Source of the DNA: Candidatus Moraniibacteriota bacterium
GTDB taxonomy: Bacteria > Patescibacteriota > Minisyncoccia > Moranbacterales > UBA1568
Assembly (NCBI GenBank): GCA_903854995.1
Contig: CAINXS010000052.1
Coordinates: forward strand, 1 to 55,427
Direction: 5' to 3'
Length of the DNA stretch: 55,427 bases
Shown here: in pieces, positions 18,895-28,793 of the stretch
How the letters are laid out: every line of letters starts with the position of its first letter
Numbering within the stretch: the first letter of the stretch is position 1
The notes under the pieces: model-generated
The model's input: only the letters and a program-made list of their open reading frames with translations
The model's database searches: none
What the model was told of the DNA's origin: nothing
Made by a program: the position numbers and the translations under genes

Positions 18895-20175
18895 CCCAAT
18901 CTTCAGATCCAGCATTTTCTCGAGTTTCGCCTTCTTCTTGGCATCCTGCGGACCGACGATCGCGAGGTTCAGTCGGTCGTTCCGGAAGATGTCCTGCGCG
19001 ACACGGAGTACGTCGTCCGCCGTAACCCGACTAATCATCCGGACCTTTTCCTTCGGTAGTACGATCTCGTTGCGCAGGACTTCCTGCGAGACGAGATATT
19101 CCGCCACGTCGTCGGACCCCTCGAGCCCCATCGCCATCTTGCCCTTCAGATACTCCTTGGCCTTGCGGAGTTCGTCCTCATCGACACCCTCGGTCGCGAT
19201 TTTCCGATATTCGTCGAGGATGACCAAGATCGCCTTCTCGAGATTCTCATGTTCCACGCCGCACTGCGTCGCGAGAAATCCGGCGTCATGGAAGGCTTCC
19301 ACTTCGGTGCGGACCATGTAGGCGAGCCCGCGCCGTTCGCGGACCTCCATGAAGAGCCGGCTCGACATGCCGCCGCCGAGGATGACTGAGAGGACCGCGA
19401 GTGCGTACCGGTCGGGATGATACATGTCGAAGGTCCGGACCCCGAGCAGGAAGTGCGTCTGGTCGGTCTTTTTCTTCCGGACCGAAAGTTCGGGCCCGGA
19501 CTGCCCGTCGGACGCCCTTTTGAACTCCGGACGGATTCCCTGCGCGATGACACCGAACCGTTCTGCGACCGCCTTCCCGGCCGCCTTCGGATTGATATTT
19601 CCCGCGATACCGACCACGACGTTCCCCGACACATATCCCCGTCTCATGTACCGCACGAAGTCTGACCGCCGAAACGCGCGGATATTCTCCTTGGGCCCCG
19701 CGATATCCCATCCAAGCGGCGTATCGCCGTAGAGGAGCGCCTCCCAGTCGTCGCCCACCTTGCGCATCGGCATGTCTTCGTACATGTTGATCTCCTGGAG
19801 GATCGTCCCCCGCTCGCGGTCGATCTCCTCCTGGTCCAGCTTGGCATTCAGGAACATATCCGAAACTACGTCGAGTGCGGTGTCGAAATGATGCGCCTCC
19901 ACCTTGGCGTAGTAGCCGGTATACTCCTTGCCGGTGAACGCGTTGTAGTCGGCGCCGATCGAGTCGAGTTCGCGCGTGATGTCGAGCGCGGTCGGTCGCT
20001 TTTCCGTGCCCTTGAACATCATATGCTCGAGGAAGTGTGCGATGCCGTTCTCCCTGCGCGACTCGAAGCGCGACCCGACACCGGTCATGACGAGCACCGT
20101 CACCGTCCCCGTCTCCGTCATCGGAGCGAGTATCACGCGCAGACCGTTCGGGAGGGTTGTTTTCTTGAATTTCAT
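18886..20175 (-). CDS. M16-family (pitrilysin-like) zinc peptidase
   Basis: The HFLEHMMF inverted zincin motif is present. Confidence 0.9.
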   Translation of the reverse strand: MKFKKTTLPNGLRVILAPMTETGTVTVLVMTGVGSRFESRRENGIAHFLEHMMFKGTEKRPTALDITRELDSIGADYNAFTGKEYTGYYAKVEAHHFDTALDVVSDMFLNAKLDQEEIDRERGTILQEINMYEDMPMRKVGDDWEALLYGDTPLGWDIAGPKENIRAFRRSDFVRYMRRGYVSGNVVVGIAGNINPKAAGKAVAERFGVIAQGIRPEFKRASDGQSGPELSVRKKKTDQTHFLLGVRTFDMYHPDRYALAVLSVILGGGMSSRLFMEVRERRGLAYMVRTEVEAFHDAGFLATQCGVEHENLEKAILVILDEYRKIATEGVDEDELRKAKEYLKGKMAMGLEGSDDVAEYLVSQEVLRNEIVLPKEKVRMISRVTADDVLRVAQDIFRNDRLNLAIVGPQDAKKKAKLEKMLDLKIGDR

Positions 20176-20193
20176 ACCGTTACGGAAACCGAA

Positions 20194-21177
20194 TTATACT
20201 TCACTGATGACATCAAATCCCTTCAGGCTACCCACTATCGAAAGACAGATGACCTTTTTCGCGACACCCTGCTCTTTCAGCTTTCGTGCCGTCTCATTGA
20301 AGGTCGCCCCGGACCCTACCGCATCGTCTATCAAAAGCACCGTTCCGAACGACCGCCGATCGGAAACGAATATACCGGCTCGTGCGTTTTGTATGCGATC
20401 TTCCAACGAGGACAACGTCTTCTGCGGCACGCGCACCGCTCCGACGATCTTTTCCAACCCGATTTCCGGGAGCGGACTCCGGACCGTTTTCTGCAACCCG
20501 TCCATGAGTTGCACTGTTCGTTTTACCGTAGGCGGAATATATCCGATCGCTTCGATATGATGTTTCGAGATTATCCGCTCCACATACGGCAAAACCCGCT
20601 CCGCAAGTTCCCGTATCATTCTCTTGTCCTGACTCTGCTTCGCGTACAAGAGCAACTGTCCCAGTTTCGTTTTCCCAAAAATCTCCCACGCGTAGAAATC
20701 GACGTAATATACGGCATCGACGACATCGTCATCACCGAACGTCTTCCGAAATTTTTTCGATCCGTCCAGCAGTCCGCCCTTCCGCATGTCAGCATATTTT
20801 TTCGACAGCGACACGTACTCTGCGGCTTTCTTCGTGACATCGAAGCGCCGATCCGCACACCAACGTTCGAATGCGAGCATACCCTCCAAACGCTCCCCCT
20901 GCGGCGTGACCAGGAGAAACTTTTCATCTATGATCGCCTTCGTTGCCGCATCGAGGACAGGAATATCGCGCGCGGATACGTCACGTACCGTATCAGCCGG
21001 AACATATACCACCCTCGGGGCCGACCCGATCTTCATGATAAGCCCTTCTTCGGCCAAAGCCAACAGATGCCGATGAATCATCGCCCGCTCGATATCCACT
21101 TCATCGAGCAGGTCCGAAACGGTCACCTGCTTCCTCTGTCGTATGTAGTCCAGTATCTTTTCCTTATTGGAAGCCAT
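20194..21177 (-). CDS. winged-helix DNA-binding domain fused to a phosphoribosyltransferase (ComF-like) domain
   Basis: The N-terminus has ILDYIRQRKQVTVSDLLDEVDIERAMIHRHLLALAEEGLI. The C-terminus has the PRPP-binding loop VLLIDDAVGSGATF. Confidence 0.7.
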   Translation of the reverse strand: MASNKEKILDYIRQRKQVTVSDLLDEVDIERAMIHRHLLALAEEGLIMKIGSAPRVVYVPADTVRDVSARDIPVLDAATKAIIDEKFLLVTPQGERLEGMLAFERWCADRRFDVTKKAAEYVSLSKKYADMRKGGLLDGSKKFRKTFGDDDVVDAVYYVDFYAWEIFGKTKLGQLLLYAKQSQDKRMIRELAERVLPYVERIISKHHIEAIGYIPPTVKRTVQLMDGLQKTVRSPLPEIGLEKIVGAVRVPQKTLSSLEDRIQNARAGIFVSDRRSFGTVLLIDDAVGSGATFNETARKLKEQGVAKKVICLSIVGSLKGFDVISEV

Positions 21178-21190
21178 ATTTCGTACATAA

Positions 21191-21217
21191 GTATACAATA
21201 TATAGTATACTGTATAC
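21191..21217. promoter_or_regulatory. three GTATAC palindromic hexamers just upstream of the wHTH-PRTase start (possible operator)
   Basis: GTATAC occurs at 21191, 21205 and 21212 within AT-rich TATA-like sequence. Confidence 0.35.
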
Positions 21218-21254
21218 TTTATATCCGGTCAACCTCCCCCGAACGGGCCGTCTT

Positions 21255-21363
21255 AGAATCTCTCTCAAATCTCATGTCGAGAGAAAATTCCGAAATTTCG
21301 GAGTTTTCTCCGGCAAGCGAAGTCTTCGGCTTATGCACCGCGGTGAGATTTGAGAGAGATTCT
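21255..21363. repeat. 20-bp perfect inverted repeat (AGAATCTCTCTCAAATCTCA / TGAGATTTGAGAGAGATTCT) enclosing a 69-bp structured core
   Basis: Read directly. The core contains the CCGAAATTTCGG palindrome. Confidence 0.85.
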
Positions 21364-21555
21364 TACTGTTCCTTCAGTAGTCCGCTTCCTTCGGACAAAG
21401 TGCCTTGTGTATCTCTTCTTTCTTGAATATCGCGATCTGCGTCGGCTGCGCTTCTTTCGTTATCATTTATACGGACCGCACGTTCCCCAGGGTGATATTC
21501 TTGAATTTCATATCGTTACGGGAGAACAAGAAATGAGGAACTACGAATCAGGGAT

Positions 21556-22233
21556 TTATTCTTCATCCATATGCTGGATGGCCTTCTCAGTTGCGTAGGT
21601 ATGCATTCTTGATATCTCGTTAATCCCCATAGCACTTTTTAATTCAGAAAAGAAAGATTCATAACCATTCCCATTTTCTTCTATGAGTTCATCCAAAGCA
21701 CCATATACATCATCAATCATCTTTTTCCGCTTTTCTTCATCCTCTGGAGAATGAGAGTGCTTTTCATAGAAGTTCAATTTTTGAGCATCTGCCATGAAAG
21801 ATATATGCTTCATTTCAATTTTTTCCACCTTCTTCAAATCCTCCTCAGAAAGCCACTTCCCGTAATTGATTCGAAACTGGATTAATTCATGTATATACCC
21901 GTTAAACTCTTTGCCCTTCTCACCTGTCGGATCTCCATTTATCAAAATCCAAAGCCTGATACGAATCAGTTGATCAACATATTTCTCATAGAACTCAGCC
22001 TTCTTTTCTAGAATCAGTTTTGAAAGTGGTGAATTGACACCTAGATCAAACAAATGCTGATTTTTTTGTTTATGAGAATCGATAAACAAGCCAACAATTA
22101 ACGCTGCGATAATCGGAGAGAAAATACCGAAAATCTCCAACCTTTCTTTCCCGATAAGTAAAAGTCCGAGAAATATCCCGAGTAATATCGATATTATGCA
22201 ACACAATAGCCACGATATCACCTTTGTTGTCAT
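21556..22233 (-). CDS. hypothetical membrane protein (two N-terminal TM helices plus a helical domain) in an AT-rich islet
   Basis: A clean 225-aa ORF with a marked AT-rich composition compared with both neighbours. Confidence 0.7.
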   Translation of the reverse strand: MTTKVISWLLCCIISILLGIFLGLLLIGKERLEIFGIFSPIIAALIVGLFIDSHKQKNQHLFDLGVNSPLSKLILEKKAEFYEKYVDQLIRIRLWILINGDPTGEKGKEFNGYIHELIQFRINYGKWLSEEDLKKVEKIEMKHISFMADAQKLNFYEKHSHSPEDEEKRKKMIDDVYGALDELIEENGNGYESFFSELKSAMGINEISRMHTYATEKAIQHMDEE

Positions 22234-22242
22234 ATCTTTCCG

Positions 22243-23652
22243 CTATTTCAAATTCTCCACCAAATACGCCCTCAACTCAGCAACCGGGATGCGGATCTGT
22301 TCCATGGTATCGCGGTCACGGACGGTGACAGTGTCCTTGAGCGAGGCGTCTCCGCCGAGTCCGATCGTGTCGAAGTCGACCGTCACGCAGTACGGCGTGC
22401 CGATCTCGTCTTGCCGGCGATAGCGCTTGCCGACGTTTCCGTTGTCGTCGTATTCGGTAGCGAAGTCGCGTTTCAACATATCGAACACCTCGCGCGCCTT
22501 GGCAGTCAGTTCCGGCTTGTTGCGGAGAAGCGGGAAGACCGCGACCTTGACCGGCGCGAGTTTCTTGGGGAATTTCATTACGACGCGGACATCGCCTTCC
22601 TTCACCTCCTCTTCGGTATACGCATCGGTCAAGACGGCAAGGAAGGTACGGTCGACGCCGACGGACGTCTCGACGATCCACGGGACGTACTTCTCCCCCG
22701 TCTGCGGGTCGCGGTACGAAAGGTCGACGCCCGAGAACTTTGAATGCTGGGTGAGATCGTAGTCGCTCCGATTATGGACGCCTTCGAGCTCCTTGAAGCC
22801 GAACGGGAACTTGTACTCGATGTCCCACGCGGCCTTGGCGTAGAAGACGAGGTTCTCATGCTGATGCCAATGCAAATTCTCCGCCTTGATTCCGAGGTCG
22901 ATATAGTATTGCCATCGCTTCGCCCGCCACTCTTCATAGAACTCGGCGGCCGTGTCGGGATGAACAAAAAATTGCATCTCCATCTGTTCGAACTCCCGCT
23001 TCCGGAAGATGAACTGTCGCGCGGTGATCTCGTTTCGGAACGCCTTGCCGATCTGCGCGATACCGAACGGCACCTTCATGCGTGTCGAATCAAGCACGTT
23101 CTTGAAATTGACGTAGATGCCCTGACAGGTCTCACCGCGAAGATAGGTCGGCTCCTTGTCCCAATCCCCTGTGAAGTTACCCAGGTTGGATTTCACCAGT
23201 AGATTGAAACTCTTCGCCTCGGTGAAATCGTGACTCCCGCATTTCGGACACACCACCTTGTCCCGGTTCTCCGAAAAGAGCGCATTGATCTCCTCTTCGC
23301 TCATCTTCTCGTCGGCAAAGACGCCGACCTCTTCGAGAAGATGATCCACGCGTACGCGCGAGTGACATTTTTTGCACTCCGCCAAAGGATCGCTGAACCC
23401 GCCTACATGACCGGACGCCTGCCAGACCTTCGGATGCATGAAGATCGCGCTGTCCAGGCCCACGATATTCTCGTTGTCACGCACCATCGCCTGCCACCAG
23501 GCCTCGCGGATATTTCGTGCGAGTTCGACTCCGTATGGTCCGAAGTCGTACACCGCCGCGAACCCGCCGTAAATCTCCGAGCTCGGAAACACGAATCCGC
23601 GCCGTTTCGAGAGCGATACCAGCTTGTCCATCAGGTTTTCCACTTGAGCCAT
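22243..23652 (-). CDS. glyQS: glycyl-tRNA synthetase (class II, GlyQS type)
   Basis: FVFPSSEIYGG, class II motifs and a C-terminal anticodon-binding domain are present. The ATG at 23652 (MAQVENLMDKLV) is preferred. Confidence 0.93.
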   Translation of the reverse strand: MAQVENLMDKLVSLSKRRGFVFPSSEIYGGFAAVYDFGPYGVELARNIREAWWQAMVRDNENIVGLDSAIFMHPKVWQASGHVGGFSDPLAECKKCHSRVRVDHLLEEVGVFADEKMSEEEINALFSENRDKVVCPKCGSHDFTEAKSFNLLVKSNLGNFTGDWDKEPTYLRGETCQGIYVNFKNVLDSTRMKVPFGIAQIGKAFRNEITARQFIFRKREFEQMEMQFFVHPDTAAEFYEEWRAKRWQYYIDLGIKAENLHWHQHENLVFYAKAAWDIEYKFPFGFKELEGVHNRSDYDLTQHSKFSGVDLSYRDPQTGEKYVPWIVETSVGVDRTFLAVLTDAYTEEEVKEGDVRVVMKFPKKLAPVKVAVFPLLRNKPELTAKAREVFDMLKRDFATEYDDNGNVGKRYRRQDEIGTPYCVTVDFDTIGLGGDASLKDTVTVRDRDTMEQIRIPVAELRAYLVENLK

Positions 23653-23785
23653 AAATGTGTCGTTATAGAACTTCCTGCTCCCTTTTCGGAGGGGAGCTGT
23701 CGCGTCTTCGCGACTGAGGGGTGGAAGCGGTACCTTGTAAAACGCTCCATTTCCTTTCAAATCTAGCCCGATAAGAGTCAAAAGT

Positions 23786-23815
23786 AAAGAGGATGTCAGT
23801 TCTGACATCCTCTTT
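23786..23815 (-). terminator. hairpin downstream of pyrF (AAAGAGGATGTCAG-TTC-TGACATCCTCTTT)
   Basis: The stem is a perfect 14 bp. The T-tract on the minus strand is only moderate. Confidence 0.5.
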
Positions 23816-23874
23816 AACATCCCGAGATTTCCATCATACTCACCAACCCTTCGCCCTGATTTCAATCCCCTCCT

Positions 23875-24726
23875 TTAGCGACAGCTGTTGATTTCCTCGA
23901 CTGCTTTCTTCGCCGCCGCAGCAACGATTTCGGCATACTCTTCCGGCGATTCCGCCCCTGCCGAACCAGGCGGAAGCATAAGCGAACGGGACTGGTTGAT
24001 CATCGACGTTGATCTTCCCAAGCGCGACACGACCGCTTTCACATCCCCGCCCTGTGCGCCCACGCCCGGTACGAGCAAAGGCATGTAATCGGTCGCTTTG
24101 AGAACCTGGCCGAGTTCCTCCGGAGCCGTCGCGCCGACGACCAGACCGCAGTTACCTCTCCCGTTCCACTGTCTCGCAGCGGTCTCTGCGACCACCTGAT
24201 ACAATGGAGCGGTTCCGCCAAGCATCGCAGGCCGCACGACTTCGAGTGACTGGAAATCTTTGGCACCACCATTCGACGTCCGGCACAGCACATACACGCC
24301 CTTGTCGGCATACTCGAGAAACGGTTCGACGGAATCCGAACCCATGTATGGCGAAACGGTGGTAGCATCTGCTCCGAGTCGGTCGAAAACGTACTGCGCG
24401 TACTTCGCTGATGAGTTTCCGATATCCCCGCGCTTCGCGTCGATGATGACCAGCAGTCCGAGACTGCGCGCCTTGTGGACGAACTCGTTCACTTCAGGAA
24501 ACATTCCCTCGGCCTCCGAAAAGGCAAGGTTGATCTTGACGACCGGGACATACGGAGCGACCGCACGAATGAACGTGTCACCGAAGTTCACGAAACGGGA
24601 GCTTCCGGTAAAGCATGCCGGGATTTTTTCCAGGTCGATATCGATCCCTGCACAGAGCAGAGAACACTTTTCTACCTGCTTTCTTTTCAATTGTTCGAAG
24701 TAGCCCATAATCACCATCCTTTTCAT
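23875..24726 (-). CDS. pyrF: orotidine 5'-phosphate decarboxylase (type 2)
   Basis: The DAKRGDIGNS motif is present. Confidence 0.85.
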   Translation of the reverse strand: MKRMVIMGYFEQLKRKQVEKCSLLCAGIDIDLEKIPACFTGSSRFVNFGDTFIRAVAPYVPVVKINLAFSEAEGMFPEVNEFVHKARSLGLLVIIDAKRGDIGNSSAKYAQYVFDRLGADATTVSPYMGSDSVEPFLEYADKGVYVLCRTSNGGAKDFQSLEVVRPAMLGGTAPLYQVVAETAARQWNGRGNCGLVVGATAPEELGQVLKATDYMPLLVPGVGAQGGDVKAVVSRLGRSTSMINQSRSLMLPPGSAGAESPEEYAEIVAAAAKKAVEEINSCR

Positions 24727-24734
24727 TTGCTTGT

Positions 24735-24761
24735 TAAATAATAAGGGCGGGAAATCCGCCC
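24735..24761 (-). terminator. hairpin GGGCGG-GAAAT-CCGCCC followed by TTATTATTT on the minus strand
   Basis: It lies about 85 nt downstream of the P-type ATPase stop. Confidence 0.55.
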
Positions 24762-24845
24762 TCCCGGTACTACGAGACGGAATCTAGCAGGAAACGACCA
24801 CTCGCGCAAGTAGCTCCTAAGCAAGGAATCTTGCAAATTTTCCCA

Positions 24846-27569
24846 CTATTTCCGAACGGATAACCTCCGTTTTCGCGCCTCCTCGAAGACGAAGACGAGC
24901 GCGGTGAAACACCAGGCGACGATCCAGTCGATCCGTTCGATCGGCGCCATGCCGAGGACGTGCTGGAAGAATGGCACGTTCGTGAACAAAAAGAGCATGA
25001 GGAGCGAAGTGCCGAAACCGGCGAAGACCCACGGGTTCGAGAAGAACGGCATCCGGAAGAACGACCGCGTCTCGCTCCTCGACTGGAAGAGGTTCGCCAT
25101 CTGCGTCAGGGCAAGCGTCACATAGGTCGCCGTCGTCGCATGACGATATGGCAGACCTTCCGGATCGAGCGCCATGCCGTATGACCATCCTTCACGCATC
25201 AAAACCAGAAGGAACGCCGTTACCCCGCCGACCGCCATGATCGCGCCGATCCACATAAGACGCGTGACGCCGCGGACATCCAGGATCTTGCGGCCGGTCG
25301 CGGGAGAGATATGGCTCTGCGAATCCGGCTCCTCGGGCTCGACACCGAGTGCGAAGGACGGGAAGACGTCCGTCGCCAGATCGATTGAAAGGATCTGTAC
25401 CGCCGTAATCGGGGACGGGATATGCAACAGGAATCCAAGCAGCACGGAGAATAGTTCGCTCGCGTTCGAGGTGAACACGTAGTGCGTGAACTTGCGCAGG
25501 TTTTCAAAGATGCGACGGCCTTCACGAACGGCACGTACGATCGATGCGAAGTGATCGTCCAGCAGGATCATGTCCGCCGCGTCCTTGGAAACGTCGGTTC
25601 CCGTGATGCCCATCGCAACACCGATATCGGCCTTCTTGAGCGCCAACGCGTCGTTCACGCCGTCACCCGTCATCGCGACTACCTCCCCCGCCGCCTGAAG
25701 GACGGTCGCTAAACGGAGTTTCTGTTCCGGCGCGATCCGGGAAAACACGGCTCCACTTTTCGCCGCCGTCACGATCGCCTCGTCGGAAAGGGTGTCGAAA
25801 ATCGTCCCGTTCACCGAAATCGGTGCCGTTCCTTCGGAGAAAAAACCGGCCTTCGACGCGATAGCCTTGGCCGTCGCCTCATAGTCCCCCGTCACCATGA
25901 CTACCGAAACGCCGAGATTGCGACATTCGGCGATCGCCTCACGGATTCCTTCCCGCGGAGGATCGATCATAGCCACCATACCGGCCCACACGAGATTTCT
26001 CTCCGCTTCCTCCGGATACGCGTTTTCCGACACACCGTCGAGATCGCGGTAGCCGAGCCCAAGGACACGCAGCGCCTGGGAGGAAAGGTCGTCATATATG
26101 GCTCGCACACGTGTCTTGTCCTCCGCGGTAAACGGCCTCCTTTCGCCCCCGTCGATCCATTCGGTCGACAGCTCCAGAAGGACTTCGGGAGAACCCTTCA
26201 CGTACGATCTCGTCTCCGCATTCGCGTAGACGACACTCATCCGTCGCCTCTCGGACTCGAACGGATTCTCGGCGATCTTCCGGAAACCGACCTCGAAGAA
26301 ATCGGGCCGGGAGTTGTATTTCCTGGCCGCAACGATAAGCGCACCCTCGGTCGGATCGCCGGTCACGACATACCGTCCATCCGTCATCGAAAGGGACGCA
26401 TCATTACAAAGCGTACAGATACGGAACAGCATCTCGGCGCCGGGAACGTCGGCAGGATTCACGAGTTTTCCGTTTCGCGAGAAATCACCTTTCGGCTCAT
26501 ATCCGACCCCGGAAACATCATATCGTTCGGTACCGAGCACGATGCCGGTCACCGACAGTTCGTTCTTGGTCACGGTGCCCGTCTTATCGGTACAGATGAA
26601 CGACACGGAACCGAGCGTCTCCACCGCGGACAGTTTCTTGGCCAGGACGTTCTTTGTGAGCAACCGCTTCATACCGAGCGCGAACGCGACGGAGAGCGCC
26701 GCCGGCAATCCTTCCGGAACCACCGAGACGGAAAGCGCCAACCCGAGCAGCAGCGACTGGTACAGCGGGATGTGCTGATAGTGGCCGATCATGATGACAA
26801 CGCCTCCGATGGATATCGAGAGAAGCGCCACGCCGCGGCCGAACCGTTCCATTTTTTTCTGCAGCGGCGTCGCCACCTGTTTTATCCCGTGCGTCAGTTC
26901 CGCCATTCGTCCAAGCTCCGTAGCGGCTCCGGTCGCGATAATGACGACACGTGCCTCGCCGGACACCACGGATTCGCCCATGAAGACAAGATTTTCGATG
27001 TCACTCCGCGCGACTATTCCCTTCATTGCACCGGAAGCCCGTTTTTCTGGGACGGACTCCCCCGTAAAAATGAAGCTGTTGACCTTGAAATTGTAGGCTT
27101 CGAGAACGTACGCGTCGGCAGGGACGCTCGATCCGGCATCAAGAAAGACGACGTCGCCGGGAACGAGTTCCGACACCGGGATATCGCGTTTTTCGCCATC
27201 GCGGATGACCGTGGCCGTATCGGCGACGAACGTGGCGAGTTTTTCGATGATCCGTTCCGCCTTGAATTCCTGGAAAAAACCGATCGCCGCGTTCGAAAGG
27301 ATGATAATAGCGATGATATTCGAATCGCGCGTCTCACCGAGCGCGAGTGCCGCGATGCCGGCAACCGCAAGGATCCAGACGAATACGTCGTTGAACTGCT
27401 TCACGAACAGTTTCAACGCGACGAAACGGCGTTTCGACTCAATCACGTTCATGCCATGCGTCTTCAGACGCGAAGCGGCCTCCACACCGGAAAGTCCGTT
27501 CATTGAAGTCCGTAACCGTGTCAGCGTCTCGACCGCGGACAACTGATAGAAGTTTTTTTCAATATCCAT
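24846..27569 (-). CDS. cation-transporting P-type ATPase (P2, Ca2+/Mg2+-like)
   Basis: DKTGT phosphorylation site, the TGDGVNDALALKKADIGVAMG hinge and a cation-ATPase N-terminal domain are present. The ATG at 27569 avoids overlap with tgt. Confidence 0.93.
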   Translation of the reverse strand: MDIEKNFYQLSAVETLTRLRTSMNGLSGVEAASRLKTHGMNVIESKRRFVALKLFVKQFNDVFVWILAVAGIAALALGETRDSNIIAIIILSNAAIGFFQEFKAERIIEKLATFVADTATVIRDGEKRDIPVSELVPGDVVFLDAGSSVPADAYVLEAYNFKVNSFIFTGESVPEKRASGAMKGIVARSDIENLVFMGESVVSGEARVVIIATGAATELGRMAELTHGIKQVATPLQKKMERFGRGVALLSISIGGVVIMIGHYQHIPLYQSLLLGLALSVSVVPEGLPAALSVAFALGMKRLLTKNVLAKKLSAVETLGSVSFICTDKTGTVTKNELSVTGIVLGTERYDVSGVGYEPKGDFSRNGKLVNPADVPGAEMLFRICTLCNDASLSMTDGRYVVTGDPTEGALIVAARKYNSRPDFFEVGFRKIAENPFESERRRMSVVYANAETRSYVKGSPEVLLELSTEWIDGGERRPFTAEDKTRVRAIYDDLSSQALRVLGLGYRDLDGVSENAYPEEAERNLVWAGMVAMIDPPREGIREAIAECRNLGVSVVMVTGDYEATAKAIASKAGFFSEGTAPISVNGTIFDTLSDEAIVTAAKSGAVFSRIAPEQKLRLATVLQAAGEVVAMTGDGVNDALALKKADIGVAMGITGTDVSKDAADMILLDDHFASIVRAVREGRRIFENLRKFTHYVFTSNASELFSVLLGFLLHIPSPITAVQILSIDLATDVFPSFALGVEPEEPDSQSHISPATGRKILDVRGVTRLMWIGAIMAVGGVTAFLLVLMREGWSYGMALDPEGLPYRHATTATYVTLALTQMANLFQSRSETRSFFRMPFFSNPWVFAGFGTSLLMLFLFTNVPFFQHVLGMAPIERIDWIVAWCFTALVFVFEEARKRRLSVRK

Positions 27570-27625
27570 AGGGATTGAAGTCAGGGAATCGAAAAATCGA
27601 ATCAAGATTTGACCTATTATCGATC

Positions 27626-28789
27626 CTAAAAAGACCGGTCGGCCTTCGCACGCAAAGCCTCCATAAGCTTCCCGTAAAAACGAAGGTTGTGCATCGATGC
27701 GAGTCGGCTCCCGAGCGGATCCTCTACACGGAAAAGATGACGGAGATACGCCCTGGTATGATTCGTGCACAGCGGACAATCGCATGCGGAATCAACGGGA
27801 GTGAAATCCTCCGCGAACCGTTCGTTATTGATATTGATCGTCTCGTAAAAATCCCCTCGTAGAGACGGGGCATGCCCCGTCTCTATCATTTCGACTCGTG
27901 ACTGACTCTTCCACAAGAAGAGTCTCCCATGCCTCCCTTCTCTCGTCGGAATCACACAGTCAAACATGTCCCATCCGAGCGCATGGCAACGGACGATGTC
28001 TTCCGGTGTCCCGATACCGAGAGCGAACCGGACGCTCTCTTCGGGAATGACGGACGCGGTGTGCCGCACGATTTCCTGGAGGAATACCCCGTCCGAATCC
28101 ACGTGGCGTCCACCGAACCCGTACCCGTCGAAATCAAATTCCCGCAGCCCTTCGGCACAGCGGGTCCGAAGCTCCGGGTACATCCCGCCCTGCACGACAC
28201 CGAACAGGAGCGGGCGGCGATCTTCCGAAATCCCGCGGTCGACGATCTGCCGGTCGTATTCCTCGCGACACCGTTTCGCCCATCGGATCGTCCGCTCGAC
28301 CGCATCCGATATCTCACTCTCTGACGCATCGTTCGGTCGCGGGTCATCGAGAACGACCATCATGTCGACACCGAGGTCGAATTGGATCGCGATCGCCCGT
28401 TCGGGCGTAAGCATTCGTTTCGATCCGTCGAGTACCGACTTGAATTCGGCACCCTCTTCCGTTATCTTTCCCATTTTCGCATCGCGGTGTATAAGCGAGT
28501 ACACCTGATATCCGCCGGAATCCGAAAGGATGGGTCCGCCCCAATCCATGAACCGATGCACACCGCCCGCCTTCCGGATCAGCTCCTCGCCCGGCTGTAA
28601 CATGAGATGATACGTGTTCACGACCAATGCTCCGATACCGGCATCACGGATCTCGGCAACCGTCGTCCCCCGTACCGCGGCACGCGTCGCGTCCGGCATG
28701 AAGAACGGGGTAGGGATACTCCCCGCCCCCGTCCGAAGCAAACCCCTCCGTCCGCCGACCGAACTGTCTTCCCGAAGAAATGCGTTCAT
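27626..28789 (-). CDS. tgt: queuine tRNA-ribosyltransferase
   Basis: TPFFMP..., VLDD, and the CDCPLC...RAYLRHL zinc motif are present. Confidence 0.93.
   Translation of the reverse strand: MNAFLREDSSVGGRRGLLRTGAGSIPTPFFMPDATRAAVRGTTVAEIRDAGIGALVVNTYHLMLQPGEELIRKAGGVHRFMDWGGPILSDSGGYQVYSLIHRDAKMGKITEEGAEFKSVLDGSKRMLTPERAIAIQFDLGVDMMVVLDDPRPNDASESEISDAVERTIRWAKRCREEYDRQIVDRGISEDRRPLLFGVVQGGMYPELRTRCAEGLREFDFDGYGFGGRHVDSDGVFLQEIVRHTASVIPEESVRFALGIGTPEDIVRCHALGWDMFDCVIPTREGRHGRLFLWKSQSRVEMIETGHAPSLRGDFYETININNERFAEDFTPVDSACDCPLCTNHTRAYLRHLFRVEDPLGSRLASMHNLRFYGKLMEALRAKADRSF
27860..27885. repeat. 26-bp perfect palindrome TAGAGACGGGGCA|TGCCCCGTCTCTA inside the tgt coding sequence
   Basis: Read directly. 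It is translated in frame as part of IETGHAPSLR. Confidence 0.9.
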
Positions 28790-28793
28790 GCGT

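Noticed and set aside
23653-23865. Long N-terminal extensions in the ORF track for glyQS (23653-23865), the P-type ATPase (27570-27785), recO (33271-33375), ileS (37325-37396), the DMT protein (47540-47923), atpH (10485-10520) and mutY (53365-53439).
   Set aside because: The extensions translate repeat or MITE sequence or overlap the upstream gene. Internal ATGs align with the conserved N-termini of the families.
23653-23874. A T-box leader upstream of glyQS.
   Set aside because: Only a GGTACCGC fragment is present. The GGUGGUACC core and a terminator/antiterminator pair were not found. The hairpins there look like repeat-family palindromes and the pyrF terminator.
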